Source: an uncultured Aestuariivirga sp. (lineage in GTDB: Bacteria; Pseudomonadota; Alphaproteobacteria; Rhizobiales; Aestuariivirgaceae). Taken from it: 38,573 bases of DNA. This document shows, piece by piece, positions 18,948-29,226 of the stretch (the stretch's first letter is position 1; each line of letters starts with the position of its first letter). Below the pieces are notes generated by a model, which saw only the letters and a list, made by a program, of their open reading frames with translations, searched no databases and had not been told where the DNA came from. The position numbers and the translations under genes are program-made. The stretch spans positions 1 through 38,573 of the forward strand of contig CAZAMS010000223.1 in assembly GCA_964486305.1 (NCBI GenBank), read 5' to 3'.

Positions 18948-21152
18948 ATGACCGAAAAGAGTGAACATCGCATTTCCAGCAAACTTCGCCGCCTGACGGG
19001 CTGGGCAGGCTTTGGCCTGGTTGTGCTGGGTATCGTCAGCGGTCTGACGACCTTTGCCATTTTGACCGGCCTGACGCCAATTATACCAACAAAGGAGGTA
19101 ACCACTGCACTCCTTCTGCTGAATACAGTCTTGGTTGTCATCATGGCGGCCATGATTGGCGGACAGGTGCTGTTTCTTCTGCGGGAACGCCGCAAAGGTA
19201 CAGCAGGCGCAGGGCTTCACATACGCCTTATATCACTATTCAGTCTGATTGCCGTGGTGCCCGCGATTATTGTCGCCGTATTTGCTTTCGTGACGCTGAG
19301 CAGGGGACTGGATACGTGGTTTTCGCAGCGTACCCAGGCTATCGTCAATTCCGCCGTAACGGTTGCTGAAGAATATATCAAGAATACAGCAGAAGCCACC
19401 CGCGCTGACGTTGCCAATATCTCAGCCGACCTCAACCAGCAAAAACCTCTCTTTGATACAGATCGCGCTGCCTTTGTGCGCCGGGTTGCCAGGCATGCGG
19501 CCCTTCGTGGACTTGCCGGTGCATTTGTCTTTGATCAAAGCCAGAAACGCATTGATGTCAACGTCACAGCGAGTGACCGGGTCAAATTCCTGGCTCCGTC
19601 ACCGGAAATGATTGCCCTCGCCGACAAGGGCAATCTTGTGCTGATCCCGCCCGGTGAAGGCGGCAATCTTGTGCGGGCCCTCATCAAGCTGCAGAGTTTT
19701 CCAACACATTATTTCTATGTCTACCGGTTCATTTCTCCGACGGTTATCGGGCAACTCACCAAAACCCGCGAAGCCAAGGCGGAATATGACAGGCTTTTGA
19801 ATCAGCGTACGGGCGTGCAGCTCACCTTTGGCATGATGTATGCTGTCGTAGCCTTTGTATTCCTCCTCGCTGCAATGTGGATTGGCCTGTGGTTTTCGGA
19901 CCGGTTGGTGGCGCCGATCGTGCGCATTTTGGATGCATCGCGGCGCGTGGCGCAGGGTGATTTTGCCGCTAAAGTCAGCACGGTCGAAGGCATCGGTGAT
20001 CTGGAAACGTTGGCCCGGACTTTCAATTTTATGACTGACCAGGTGGCCCAGCATCAGGACGAGCTGCTTAAGACGAACGATCAGCTTGACCAGCGGCGGC
20101 GTTTTACCGAAGCGATGCTGGCAGGCGTGAGTGCTGGCGTTATTGGCGTTGACCCCAATGACAAAATATCGCTCACCAACCGTTCTGCCTTGCAGCTCCT
20201 GGGCGCACCCGAGCAGGACTTGCTAAGTCACCCCTTTAGTACCGCGCTCCCGGAATTTTCCGCTCTCTTTGAACAGGCAAAGGCGCGCCCCTCTGGATTT
20301 GCAGAGGGCCAGGTTGATATGCAAATACATGGCCGTGATCTGAGCTTTGTGGCCCGCATTACCACCGAGTCATCGGACATTGCCCAACATGGGTTTGTTC
20401 TCACTTTTGATGATATTACCGATCTTGTTTCAGCCCAGCGCAACACGGCCTGGGCCGACATTGCACGCCGCATTGCCCACGAAATCAAAAACCCGCTTAC
20501 GCCGATCCAGCTTTCTGCGGAACGCCTGAAACGCAAATACAGCAAGCAAATTCATTCTGACCGGCAAGTGTTTGAGCAATGCACCGACACAATCATTCGC
20601 CAGGTAGGTGACATCGGCCGCATGGTTGATGAGTTCTCCTCTTTTGCCCGCATGCCAAAAGCTGCTCCGGAATTGATGAATTTCGCCGAAGTCATAAAAG
20701 ATGCAACCATGCTTCAGCGCGTCTCAACCAGCGACATTGTTATTGACATTGATGTTAGCAAGGCAGATTTCATATTCATGTTTGATCGTCGCCTGGTTAC
20801 ACAGGCTGTCACCAACCTTGTAAAGAATGCCAGTGAAGCAATTGACGGACGGGATCATAAAGACAATCTCGAAAAAGGCCACGTAGTCGTTGAGGCGGGC
20901 ATAGAGCATGGGATCCCCTTCATACGTGTGACTGACAATGGTGTAGGGTTGCCAAAGGAAAATCGCAATCGCCTGGCCGAACCCTATATGACCACGCGCG
21001 AGAAGGGTACGGGCCTTGGCTTGGCAATTGTAAAACGTATCATGGAAGAACACGGCGGCCGCCTTAGATTGCAAGACGCACCCTCCGGCGCAGGAGCACA
21101 AGTGACGCTGGAATTCTCACGTATCCCCGAACCACTTTTAGTTTCTGCTTGA
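18948..21152 (+). CDS. ntrY: Membrane sensor histidine kinase NtrY
   Basis: TM segments, [34 protein letters not shown]. Confidence 0.95.
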   Translation: MTEKSEHRISSKLRRLTGWAGFGLVVLGIVSGLTTFAILTGLTPIIPTKEVTTALLLLNTVLVVIMAAMIGGQVLFLLRERRKGTAGAGLHIRLISLFSLIAVVPAIIVAVFAFVTLSRGLDTWFSQRTQAIVNSAVTVAEEYIKNTAEATRADVANISADLNQQKPLFDTDRAAFVRRVARHAALRGLAGAFVFDQSQKRIDVNVTASDRVKFLAPSPEMIALADKGNLVLIPPGEGGNLVRALIKLQSFPTHYFYVYRFISPTVIGQLTKTREAKAEYDRLLNQRTGVQLTFGMMYAVVAFVFLLAAMWIGLWFSDRLVAPIVRILDASRRVAQGDFAAKVSTVEGIGDLETLARTFNFMTDQVAQHQDELLKTNDQLDQRRRFTEAMLAGVSAGVIGVDPNDKISLTNRSALQLLGAPEQDLLSHPFSTALPEFSALFEQAKARPSGFAEGQVDMQIHGRDLSFVARITTESSDIAQHGFVLTFDDITDLVSAQRNTAWADIARRIAHEIKNPLTPIQLSAERLKRKYSKQIHSDRQVFEQCTDTIIRQVGDIGRMVDEFSSFARMPKAAPELMNFAEVIKDATMLQRVSTSDIVIDIDVSKADFIFMFDRRLVTQAVTNLVKNASEAIDGRDHKDNLEKGHVVVEAGIEHGIPFIRVTDNGVGLPKENRNRLAEPYMTTREKGTGLGLAIVKRIMEEHGGRLRLQDAPSGAGAQVTLEFSRIPEPLLVSA

Positions 21153-21164
21153 GTGAGTAAAGTA

Positions 21165-22553
21165 ATGGCTGCTGACGTTTTAATTGTTGATGATGAAGCC
21201 GACATTCGCGAATTGATCGCCGGTATTCTGCAGGATGAGGGATACGAAACCCGTCTCGCCCATAACAGCGATGCCGCACTGACCGAAGTCAATCAGCGCC
21301 GTCCTTCATTGATCATTCTGGATATCTGGTTGCAGGGTTCCAAGCTGGATGGACTTGATCTCCTGCAAGTTATCAAGGAACAGCATCAGGACGTTCCCGT
21401 TGTCATCATTTCAGGTCATGGCAATATCGAAACGGCAGTCGCTGCAATCAAGCGCGGCGCTTACGAGTACATCGAGAAACCTTTCAACGCCGACAGGTTG
21501 TTGCTGGTTGTGGGGCGGGCGCTTGAAACCAGCCGCTTGAAGCGCGAGAACGAGTCGCTGAAGGGCCGTGCAGGTGCTGATTCTGAGTTACACGGTTCAT
21601 CCGTTGCCATGCGCCAATTGCGCCAGCTTCTGAAAAAAATTGCCCCGGCAAACAGCCGCGTTCTGATCAGTGGCGACATGGGCACTGGCAAGGAGCTTAC
21701 GGCGCGCATGCTTCATGCCCTTTCGGGTCGGGCAGATGGTCCCTTTGTGACCTTGAGTGCCGCCACAATGGCGCCAGAGCGCATGGAAGAAGAATTGTTC
21801 GGCATTGAGGCCGCACCCGGCATTGAACAAAGGGTAGGGGCCCTGGAAGAAGCCCATGGCGGAACCCTGTTCATCGATGAGGTGGCTGACATGCCGCTGG
21901 TTACACAGGGCAAAGTCTTGCGTGTACTTCTTGACCAGACATTTCAGCGTGTGGGCGGGGCCAAGAAAGTGCGTGTCGATGTCCGCATCGTATCTTCCAC
22001 CAGCCGCGATCTCGTGCACCTGATTGCCGATAACAAGTTCAGGGAAGACCTCTACCATCGCCTGGGCGTTGTGCCGGTGCGTGTTCCGAGCCTTGGCGAA
22101 AGGCGCGAAGACATTCCCGAACTGATCGACTATTTTGCCCGGACCTATTCCGCTGTCGCGGGTCAGCCTTTGCGCCGGATAGCCAATGACGCCATTGCCG
22201 TACTGCAGACGCGCGACTGGACAGGCAATGTGCGTGAACTCAAGAACAATGTTGAGCGCATCATGATTTTGGCGAGTGGCGATCCGCAAAGCGAGATCAC
22301 CGCGGCAATGCTGCCTTCGGATGTTGGAACCACAAGTGGGCAAGGTGGCATGTTTTCAGGAGAGCATCTCTTAACCTTGCCGCTGCGCGAGGCAAGGGAA
22401 GCCTTTGAGCGTGATTATGTGGCAGCCCAGCTTTCGCGCTTTGGTGGAAATATCTCGAGAACTTCCGTATTCATCGGCATGGAGCGCTCGGCCCTGCATC
22501 GCAAAATCAAGCTTTTGGGCCTGATTGGCAAGGGTGATGAGGATGCAACCTAG
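21165..22553 (+). CDS. ntrX: Response regulator NtrX
   Basis: LDIWLQGSKLDG receiver, AAA+ domain without GAFTGA, GMERSALHRK HTH. Alternative GTG start at 21153. Confidence 0.95.
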   Translation: MAADVLIVDDEADIRELIAGILQDEGYETRLAHNSDAALTEVNQRRPSLIILDIWLQGSKLDGLDLLQVIKEQHQDVPVVIISGHGNIETAVAAIKRGAYEYIEKPFNADRLLLVVGRALETSRLKRENESLKGRAGADSELHGSSVAMRQLRQLLKKIAPANSRVLISGDMGTGKELTARMLHALSGRADGPFVTLSAATMAPERMEEELFGIEAAPGIEQRVGALEEAHGGTLFIDEVADMPLVTQGKVLRVLLDQTFQRVGGAKKVRVDVRIVSSTSRDLVHLIADNKFREDLYHRLGVVPVRVPSLGERREDIPELIDYFARTYSAVAGQPLRRIANDAIAVLQTRDWTGNVRELKNNVERIMILASGDPQSEITAAMLPSDVGTTSGQGGMFSGEHLLTLPLREAREAFERDYVAAQLSRFGGNISRTSVFIGMERSALHRKIKLLGLIGKGDEDAT

Positions 22554-22633
22554 CCGTTTGGCCGGTTTTATATTATGTGATAAGTTGAATTTAGGGTGAA
22601 TAAGCGTTGGCCTCCAAAAACAGAGAAAAGAAA

Positions 22634-22879
22634 ATGGCACAAGAAAAACCGCAAAACCTGCAAGATACCTTTTTAAATCATGTTCGTAAGCAGAAAGTTC
22701 CCGTAACAGTTTTCCTCGTCAATGGCGTGAAACTGCAGGGCATTGTCACATGGTTCGACAACTTCTGCCTCTTGCTGCGCCGGGATGGCATGTCGCAATT
22801 GGTTTACAAGCACGCCATCTCGACCATCATGCCGGGCGGGCCGATAACCCTGTTTGACGAAGAAAGCGGCGGGGCGTGA
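22634..22879 (+). CDS. hfq: RNA chaperone Hfq
   Basis: NLQDTFLN...[10 protein letters not shown]...[11 protein letters not shown]. Confidence 0.98.
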   Translation: MAQEKPQNLQDTFLNHVRKQKVPVTVFLVNGVKLQGIVTWFDNFCLLLRRDGMSQLVYKHAISTIMPGGPITLFDEESGGA

Positions 22880-24237
22880 ACTCAAGAAAACACGCGAAAT
22901 CAGGTGCCGGTGTAGATTTCCAGATTGAAGGCCCCGAACTCACGCGAGCAGTTGTTGTCCACGTTGAGCGGAAAAGCCGCGCTGAAGCCAAGGTAACTGA
23001 CCGGGATGCGCTAAGCAAACTGGCGGAAGCCATTGGTTTGGCCGAGGCCATCGATCTTGATATTATTGATACGCTCGTTGCTTCCCTGGCGGCTCCCAAG
23101 CCGGCGACCTTCATTGGTTCTGGCAAAGTAGAAGAAATAGCCAAACGCGTGGCCGAAGCGGAAGCGGAGCTTGTGGTGGTCAACGCGCAACTTTCTCCGG
23201 TTCAGCAGCGCAACTTGGAAACCGAGTGGAAAGCCAAGGTGCTGGATCGCACCGGGCTCATTCTGGAAATTTTCGGTCGCCGGGCCAGCACCAAAGAGGG
23301 CATCCTGCAGGTTGAACTGGCCCACCTGAATTACCAGAAAGGCCGGCTGGTGCGCTCCTGGACCCATTTGGAACGCCAGCGCGGCGGCTTCGGTTTCATC
23401 GGTGGCCCCGGTGAAAGCCAACTCGAAATGGACCGCAGGCTCATTCAGGAACGCATTTCCAAAATCAAGGGCGACCTTGAAACCGTTGTCAAAACCCGCG
23501 ATCTGCACCGCAAGGGCAGGGAGCGCGTGCCCTATCCGATTGTTGCTTTGGTGGGTTACACCAACGCCGGAAAATCCACGCTCTTCAACAAGCTGACCTC
23601 AGCAAATGTCCTGGCCAAGGATTTGCTCTTCGCAACACTTGACCCAACAATGAGAAATCTTGCGTTACCCAGCGGCCGGAAAATTATCCTCTCGGACACG
23701 GTTGGTTTTATTTCGGAACTTCCGACCACCTTGATCGCCTCATTCCGCGCAACTCTGGAGGAGGTGCTGGCCGCGGATATTATCCTTCATGTGCGCGATG
23801 TCAGCCACGATGAAACCGAAGCCCAGAGCCATGACGTGAGCCTGGTTCTGGAAGAGCTTGGCATCCATGAGGATCGCCGCAGCCAAATTATTGAAGTGTG
23901 GAACAAGGCCGATCTCCTGGATCCATTGGCCCTTGCAACACGCGAAGCCCAAGCCCAGCGCCGCGACGATTGTGTATTGGTCTCTTCAATTGATGGACAG
24001 GGTATCGATGAGCTCCTGGCCAAGGTCGAAAAACGCCTTGCCAAAAAAAGCACCATTTTCGAGATTACCGTTGATGCCTCTGACGGCAAAGGCATTGCAT
24101 GGTTGCACCAGCGCGGCGAAGTTATGGCTCGCAAGTCCCTTGCAGATGGTCGCACCAAACTGTCCGTCAGGTTTGATGCCGATACGGCAGGGCAGGCCCA
24201 GGCAAAATTCGGCAAGAACATGAAGGCCAAGGCTTAA
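22876..24237 (+). CDS. hflX: Ribosome-splitting GTPase HflX
   Basis: [34 protein letters not shown]. Follows hfq. Confidence 0.97.
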   Translation: MNSRKHAKSGAGVDFQIEGPELTRAVVVHVERKSRAEAKVTDRDALSKLAEAIGLAEAIDLDIIDTLVASLAAPKPATFIGSGKVEEIAKRVAEAEAELVVVNAQLSPVQQRNLETEWKAKVLDRTGLILEIFGRRASTKEGILQVELAHLNYQKGRLVRSWTHLERQRGGFGFIGGPGESQLEMDRRLIQERISKIKGDLETVVKTRDLHRKGRERVPYPIVALVGYTNAGKSTLFNKLTSANVLAKDLLFATLDPTMRNLALPSGRKIILSDTVGFISELPTTLIASFRATLEEVLAADIILHVRDVSHDETEAQSHDVSLVLEELGIHEDRRSQIIEVWNKADLLDPLALATREAQAQRRDDCVLVSSIDGQGIDELLAKVEKRLAKKSTIFEITVDASDGKGIAWLHQRGEVMARKSLADGRTKLSVRFDADTAGQAQAKFGKNMKAKA

Positions 24238-25037
24238 CCCAATCCGTTCTCAAGCTCTTTCGCCGCATCCCACAGGGCATCCATTTCTTCCAAAGTGGAA
24301 TCCTTCGGTTGTTTGCCGCGCTTCTCCAATTCAAGCTCAATGTGGCGAAAGCGCTTCTCAAACTTGGCGTTGGTGGCACGAAGTGCTTCCTCGGGATCAA
24401 TGCCGAGGTGGCGCGCCACGTTGGCCAGCGCAAACATCAGGTCCCCAAACTCGGAAGCTTTGTTTGCATCCGGCGCAGCACGAAATTCTGCAATTTCCTC
24501 GGAGATTTTCGCGTAAACATTTTCAACGCTTGGCCAGTCAAAGCCGACCTTCGCGGCCTTGGCTTGCAGCTTCAGGGCGCGGGTCAGTCCGGGCAGGGCA
24601 AGAGGTACCGACGACAGCAATCCCTCTGGCGGCTTCTCCACACGTTCCTTGGCCTTCATGTCCTCCCAAAAGCTCTTGGCGAGGTTGGCAGACTTTGCCG
24701 CTTCATCACCGAACACATGGGGATGCCGGCGCACCATCTTGGTATTGATCGCCTCCAGCACATCATCAAAAGTAAATGCGCCTTCCTCATCGGCCATCTG
24801 TGCGTGATAAACCGCCTGCAGCAAAAGGTCGCCAAGCTCCTGGCAAATCTCGGCACGATTGCCGCGCGTAATCGCGTCCTGCACCTCATAGGCTTCCTCG
24901 ATTGTGTAGGGCGCTATGGTCGCAAAATTTTGCTCCAGATCCCACGGGCAGCCGGTCACCGGCGTACGCAAGGCCTTCATGATGGCGCGAAGGGTTTCAA
25001 GACGGCGAGGGTCCATTTGGGCGGGATCAGTCGTCAT
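24234..25037 (-). CDS. mazG: Nucleoside triphosphate pyrophosphohydrolase MazG
   Basis: GCPWDLEQ, IEEAYEV, ELGDLL, RRHPHVF, GFDW, EFGDL. ATG at 25037 has a GGAG RBS (track start is GTG 25052). Confidence 0.95.
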   Translation of the reverse strand: MTTDPAQMDPRRLETLRAIMKALRTPVTGCPWDLEQNFATIAPYTIEEAYEVQDAITRGNRAEICQELGDLLLQAVYHAQMADEEGAFTFDDVLEAINTKMVRRHPHVFGDEAAKSANLAKSFWEDMKAKERVEKPPEGLLSSVPLALPGLTRALKLQAKAAKVGFDWPSVENVYAKISEEIAEFRAAPDANKASEFGDLMFALANVARHLGIDPEEALRATNAKFEKRFRHIELELEKRGKQPKDSTLEEMDALWDAAKELENGLG

Positions 25038-25053
25038 GTCACTCCACGTCACT

Positions 25054-25081
25054 AATTCGCATAATATATATTATGGAATAT
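25054..25081 (+). other. dif: Chromosome dimer resolution site dif (XerC/XerD)
   Basis: AATTCGCATAA-TATATA-TTATGGAATAT has the 11-6-11 layout with the CGCATAA...TTATG core of E. coli dif (GGTGCGCATAATGTATATTATGTTAAAT). It is intergenic and KOPS polarity flips across it. Confidence 0.85.
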
Positions 25082-25150
25082 TTTGATATGCGTATGAGGG
25101 AGAAAAATCTCCCCCATCAATTGCTTACGTCAAACACCTCGGACCCAACC

Positions 25151-27616
25151 TTATCTAGCCAGTGCCTGCTTGGGCCAGGTCTTGGCATCGCAGACCGCAA
25201 CCTTGTTGTAGTCCTTGTCCCATTCCATGCGCTGGCAATCAAACCAGTATCGCGTCTGCTTGGCCCAACTCGTGTCCTGAAACTTGGTATTCAACAGCTG
25301 CTGGGCGGGCTTGGAATAAACCCCATGGCGGCCATGCCAGGAGCAGCCATAGCGCGTTGTCCTGACAGCCAGTGCCAAGGCCTCTGGAGCCCCATCGTCG
25401 CCATTGCTGGCCTTGCCCCAGCGTATGGCTGACTGGGTCAGCAGGCGCGGCGCACTTGGCATGTTTGACAACGCGGCAACCTCCTTCCAGTTTACAGCCT
25501 TGACCATGGGATGCTGCTTCAGCAAGGCCTCGCGCTTTTTGTCAAGACCATCACGAACCGCTTGGTCAAATACCTGGGTCAAGTCACCCTTGGCATATTC
25601 ATCAACGGAATCGATCCCAGATCCATAGTTGAAGGCATTGCGAAGCCCGGCGAGTTGCCGGTCGGTTTCAAGCGGACACCACCAGTTCCTGTCATTGCGG
25701 TCGCCGGAACTCACATCGGTAAAGTCATCGGGAGCAACATCAAGTGACGACCAGAGATCAGGCGCGTTCACGAGAATGCCAAACCGCGGATTGCGCAATA
25801 CGGTTAACAGGCGCTGCCTCTCGACGCTGAGTTTTGGAAACTCGGTGGCAATCTTGTCAGCCGTCTCCTTGAGCTTCGGATTGGCCGCATAAAGTTTGTC
25901 AGTTTCGTTGGCAGTTGAAGTTCCGCCTCGGGCATATACTCTGGTCCACGCAGCACGCGCCAGCAATGCCTTCTGATCACTTGAAAACATGGGGTCATCT
26001 ACGAGTGTCCATAGAGTTTTGGCAGGCAGAAAATTCAGGATGGGATTGACAGTTTTCTGGCTGTGGAGCGCCAAGGCGGCCTTCCAATGGGCCTCATCCT
26101 CAGCCACCCAGCCCATGAATTCCGCAAGCCTGTCAGTCACACTGGGCGTCATGCTGGCGGGAATTGCCGCCAGGAATTCTGGCGTCAGCAACTTGTCCCG
26201 CATCTTGCGGCCTTCCTCGGCCTGTCCCTGCCCCAGGATAAACCCGCCAAGTTTCTGAACCACGCCGTAATAGTGCGACGACGTTTTGAATGGCATTTTG
26301 CCCAACTCAGTATAGATCTCGTCAAAATGCTCCGTCGCAGCCGATACCCGAACGGCTTGCGCCAAATAGGTGCCGAGGGCCGCGGTTTCCGCAGATTCAC
26401 CGCAAGACTTTTGCGCCGCATCTAAAGCGGCATGGGCCTTTGCCCAAAGCACTTCGCGGGTTGCATCATCTGGTTTCGCCCTGAGGCTGTCCAGTACATC
26501 TCTCGGCAAGGCCGGCATCTGTGCGCCACTGGGTGTGACAGCCAGAGCCTGATCCAGATAGCTTGCAGTCCAGGCCTGCCACTTGTCACCAACCAGCGAC
26601 CATGGCGCTCGGTCATAGTTCTCTTGAACTGTCTGGCCAGCCATCATCCACAGGGCGATGGGATATTTGCGCGAAGCGTCAAAAATCGCCTTCGAGATTG
26701 TCGCATCGGCAGGCAAGGTTCCCGTCAGCCACCAGTCATCACGCTTGCCGCGAATACCGGCATAGTCGATATCATTCAGGGCCCGGCCATAGTCAGCCTT
26801 CAATTTGTCCGAGGCCAGAATATCCTTCGTCGGCGCCGCAGTGACTTTCACTGAATCATCGATCAGCGCGGTCCAGCCCGCGGGTGTATCTTCAAGATTT
26901 GCGAAGTAGCCAAGAAGCTCCTGCGTAATGCCATGCACTGAAGAAAGTGCGGGATCACCCAGAATTGCATTCGCTTCGGCCCGGGCTGCGACAACGTCTT
27001 TCGAATTCGCCAGGAGATTAGCAATGTTATAGCGCGCCGCGGCCTTGTGCGGAGAGTCCGTACTGGCAATGGCACGAAATAATTTAATGGCCTTCGGCTT
27101 GTCTGCATAGAATGCAACCGTGGCCTCCTGATAGGCCCGGTCGTCAGTCTGCATCGTGGGATGTGCGGGATCAACTTCCATCGGTTCCGGCAGCGCAGTA
27201 TCGGTCGCACCCGGATTGCTGCAAACCTGCAGAACTTTTTCCTGCACCTTCAGCCACTGCAGCACATAGGGGTTTTCTTTCCCCAAAGCTGCAACGCGGC
27301 TCTGCAAGACCTGTAGCGGATAACCAATGCGGCAATCATAACCCACTTCCGGTATTGCCTGGCCCGCTGGCAAGATCCCGGCGACAAGCTTCTTCCAATT
27401 GTCCTGATTGACCCATGTATCCGAACCGCTGCTGGAAGGTTCAATCATTGGATCGCCAAGGCCGTTCAACACGCGCCAGGTCCGGGCGCTGAAGGGACTG
27501 CCCGCATAGGTATCAATCAAGGCTGAAAGCTTGCCCGCATCGCAGGTCCCCTGCGCCAAAGCCGAGCTTGAAAACATGGTCAAAGCACTCAGCGCGGCAA
27601 TAATTTTCTTGTTCAT
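25151..27616 (-). CDS. Large secreted hypothetical protein, 821 aa, helical-repeat-like, Cys/Trp-rich
   Basis: Sec signal peptide (MNKKIIAALSALTMFSSSALA), TPR-like segment (AAARYNIANLL), C-terminal PEALALAVRTTRYGC...SWAKQTRYWF. GGAG RBS. Confidence 0.85.
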   Translation of the reverse strand: MNKKIIAALSALTMFSSSALAQGTCDAGKLSALIDTYAGSPFSARTWRVLNGLGDPMIEPSSSGSDTWVNQDNWKKLVAGILPAGQAIPEVGYDCRIGYPLQVLQSRVAALGKENPYVLQWLKVQEKVLQVCSNPGATDTALPEPMEVDPAHPTMQTDDRAYQEATVAFYADKPKAIKLFRAIASTDSPHKAAARYNIANLLANSKDVVAARAEANAILGDPALSSVHGITQELLGYFANLEDTPAGWTALIDDSVKVTAAPTKDILASDKLKADYGRALNDIDYAGIRGKRDDWWLTGTLPADATISKAIFDASRKYPIALWMMAGQTVQENYDRAPWSLVGDKWQAWTASYLDQALAVTPSGAQMPALPRDVLDSLRAKPDDATREVLWAKAHAALDAAQKSCGESAETAALGTYLAQAVRVSAATEHFDEIYTELGKMPFKTSSHYYGVVQKLGGFILGQGQAEEGRKMRDKLLTPEFLAAIPASMTPSVTDRLAEFMGWVAEDEAHWKAALALHSQKTVNPILNFLPAKTLWTLVDDPMFSSDQKALLARAAWTRVYARGGTSTANETDKLYAANPKLKETADKIATEFPKLSVERQRLLTVLRNPRFGILVNAPDLWSSLDVAPDDFTDVSSGDRNDRNWWCPLETDRQLAGLRNAFNYGSGIDSVDEYAKGDLTQVFDQAVRDGLDKKREALLKQHPMVKAVNWKEVAALSNMPSAPRLLTQSAIRWGKASNGDDGAPEALALAVRTTRYGCSWHGRHGVYSKPAQQLLNTKFQDTSWAKQTRYWFDCQRMEWDKDYNKVAVCDAKTWPKQALAR

Positions 27617-27634
27617 CTCAAAGGTCTCCAGGAA

Positions 27635-28429
27635 TCACAGCAACAGTTTATGCCCGTCATAGGCCGGTTCTACGCCCGCAGGAAGCTCTGCCCGCAGCGT
27701 ATCATAATCCATGTCGTTATGCATGTTGGTCAAAAGCGCCCGGCGCGGCTTGTAGATTTCAATTGCCCGCAAGGTATCGTCGAGGCAGAAATGGCTGCCA
27801 TGGGGATCACGCTTCAAGGCATCAACAATCCAGAGATCAAGGTTGGAAAGATAAGCAGCACTTGCATCGGGAATGCCATTAAGGTCAGGCGTGTAAGCAG
27901 TGTTTCCGATCCGAAATCCGAGTACATCCAGATTGCCGTGGTGCACCAGGAATGGCATCGCTGAAATTGTACCCCCTGCCCCTGTCGTTGCTACCTCCCG
28001 CCCCGCCTGGATCAGGTTTGGCAACAGTATCGGGGGATAGCCACTACCTGCAAGAGTTTGGAAACAATAGGTAAACCGGTTCTTCAGCATGGCCATTGTC
28101 GGGTCATCGGCCCAGATCGGCACAAGCCGGCGCTGGCGCAAATAGAAACCCCGCAATTCATCAATGCCATGAGTGTGATCGGCATGCTCATGGGTGAACC
28201 AAACCCCATCGATTTCCCCCACATTCGCGCTCAGCATCTGCTCGCGCAAATCCGGCGACGTGTCGATCAGGATGCGCGTTGTGCCGGAAGCTTCGGTTTT
28301 CTCCAGCATGACCGAACAGCGCCGGCGCCGGTTCTTGGGGTTGGTGGGGTCGCACAGGCCCCAATCGCCGCCAATGCGCGGCACGCCCCCCGATGAGCCA
28401 CAGCCCAAAATGGTAAGCGTGATCGTCAT
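27635..28429 (-). CDS. Metallo-beta-lactamase-fold hydrolase (PhnP/YycJ-like)
   Basis: LGCGSSGGVP, THEHADHTHGIDELR (HxHxDH). Confidence 0.93.
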   Translation of the reverse strand: MTITLTILGCGSSGGVPRIGGDWGLCDPTNPKNRRRRCSVMLEKTEASGTTRILIDTSPDLREQMLSANVGEIDGVWFTHEHADHTHGIDELRGFYLRQRRLVPIWADDPTMAMLKNRFTYCFQTLAGSGYPPILLPNLIQAGREVATTGAGGTISAMPFLVHHGNLDVLGFRIGNTAYTPDLNGIPDASAAYLSNLDLWIVDALKRDPHGSHFCLDDTLRAIEIYKPRRALLTNMHNDMDYDTLRAELPAGVEPAYDGHKLLL

Positions 28430-29226
28430 GCAAACCGTTCCGGCCGTGGCACCTTGGAAAACAGTCGGAAGAAATTATCATTCGTCGCCTTGGCCATGAC
28501 GTCTGCCGCGACACCCTTAACCGCTGCCAATTGTTCCAATGTCTTAACGACAAAAGCGGGTTCGTTGGATTTACCGCGATGCGGAACGGGCGCCAGATAG
28601 GGCGAATCCGTTTCCACCAGCAGGCGGTCCATCGGCACCGCTGCCGCTACAACCCGCAGATTTTCGGCACTCTTGTAGGTAAGAATGCCGGAGAATGAAA
28701 CATAGGCCCCAATTGCTAGTCCCCGCTGGGCAAGCTCCATTGAGGACGTGAAACAATGGAGCAACGGTTTGAACGCGCCGTTCTTCATCTCCTCCTCCAG
28801 AATATTGGCGATATCGGCATCGGCCTCGCGTGCATGGATAACCAGAGGCAGGCCAGTCGCCCGCGCGGCCGCAATATGGGAGCGGAAACCCTGCTCCTGA
28901 GCTGCGCGCGGGCTCAAGTCATAATGATAGTCCAGCCCCGCCTCGCCGATGCCGACCACCTTGGGGTGCTTGGCAAGTTCAACAAGCTCGGCAACAGTTA
29001 CATCCAGCTCCTCATGCGCGTTATGAGGATGGGTTCCTACGGTACAGAAAACATTGGCGTTTTCCTCGGCAATACGAAGCAACTGTTCAAATTTCCGCAC
29101 CCGCGTGCTGATTGAAACCACAAGGCCGACGCCAACTGCGTCAGCGTTTGCCAAAACCTCCGGCAATCTTTCCGTCAGGCCCTCAAAATCAAGATGGCAA
29201 TGACTATCGACAACAAGAAAGCTCAA
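28426..29226 (-). CDS. tatD: TatD-family deoxyribonuclease
   Basis: [37 protein letters not shown]. Confidence 0.96.
   Translation of the reverse strand: MSFLVVDSHCHLDFEGLTERLPEVLANADAVGVGLVVSISTRVRKFEQLLRIAEENANVFCTVGTHPHNAHEELDVTVAELVELAKHPKVVGIGEAGLDYHYDLSPRAAQEQGFRSHIAAARATGLPLVIHAREADADIANILEEEMKNGAFKPLLHCFTSSMELAQRGLAIGAYVSFSGILTYKSAENLRVVAAAVPMDRLLVETDSPYLAPVPHRGKSNEPAFVVKTLEQLAAVKGVAADVMAKATNDNFFRLFSKVPRPERFA

Noticed and set aside
21165-22553. AAA+ regulator lacking GAFTGA
   Set aside because: Normal for NtrX, not a sign of decay.
22561-22590. TATATTATGTGATAA upstream of hfq, resembling half a dif site
   Set aside because: There is no XerC arm (CGCATAA). It is better explained as the AT-rich hfq promoter.
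25073-25432. 119-aa + strand ORF starting within dif
   Set aside because: It overlaps the conserved C-terminus of the 821-aa gene on the other strand and has no RBS or motif.
25082-27634. Idea that the 821-aa gene is a Xer-integrated (IMEX) cassette
   Set aside because: No second dif-like site is visible at its other end, and it is tightly coupled to the upstream operon.
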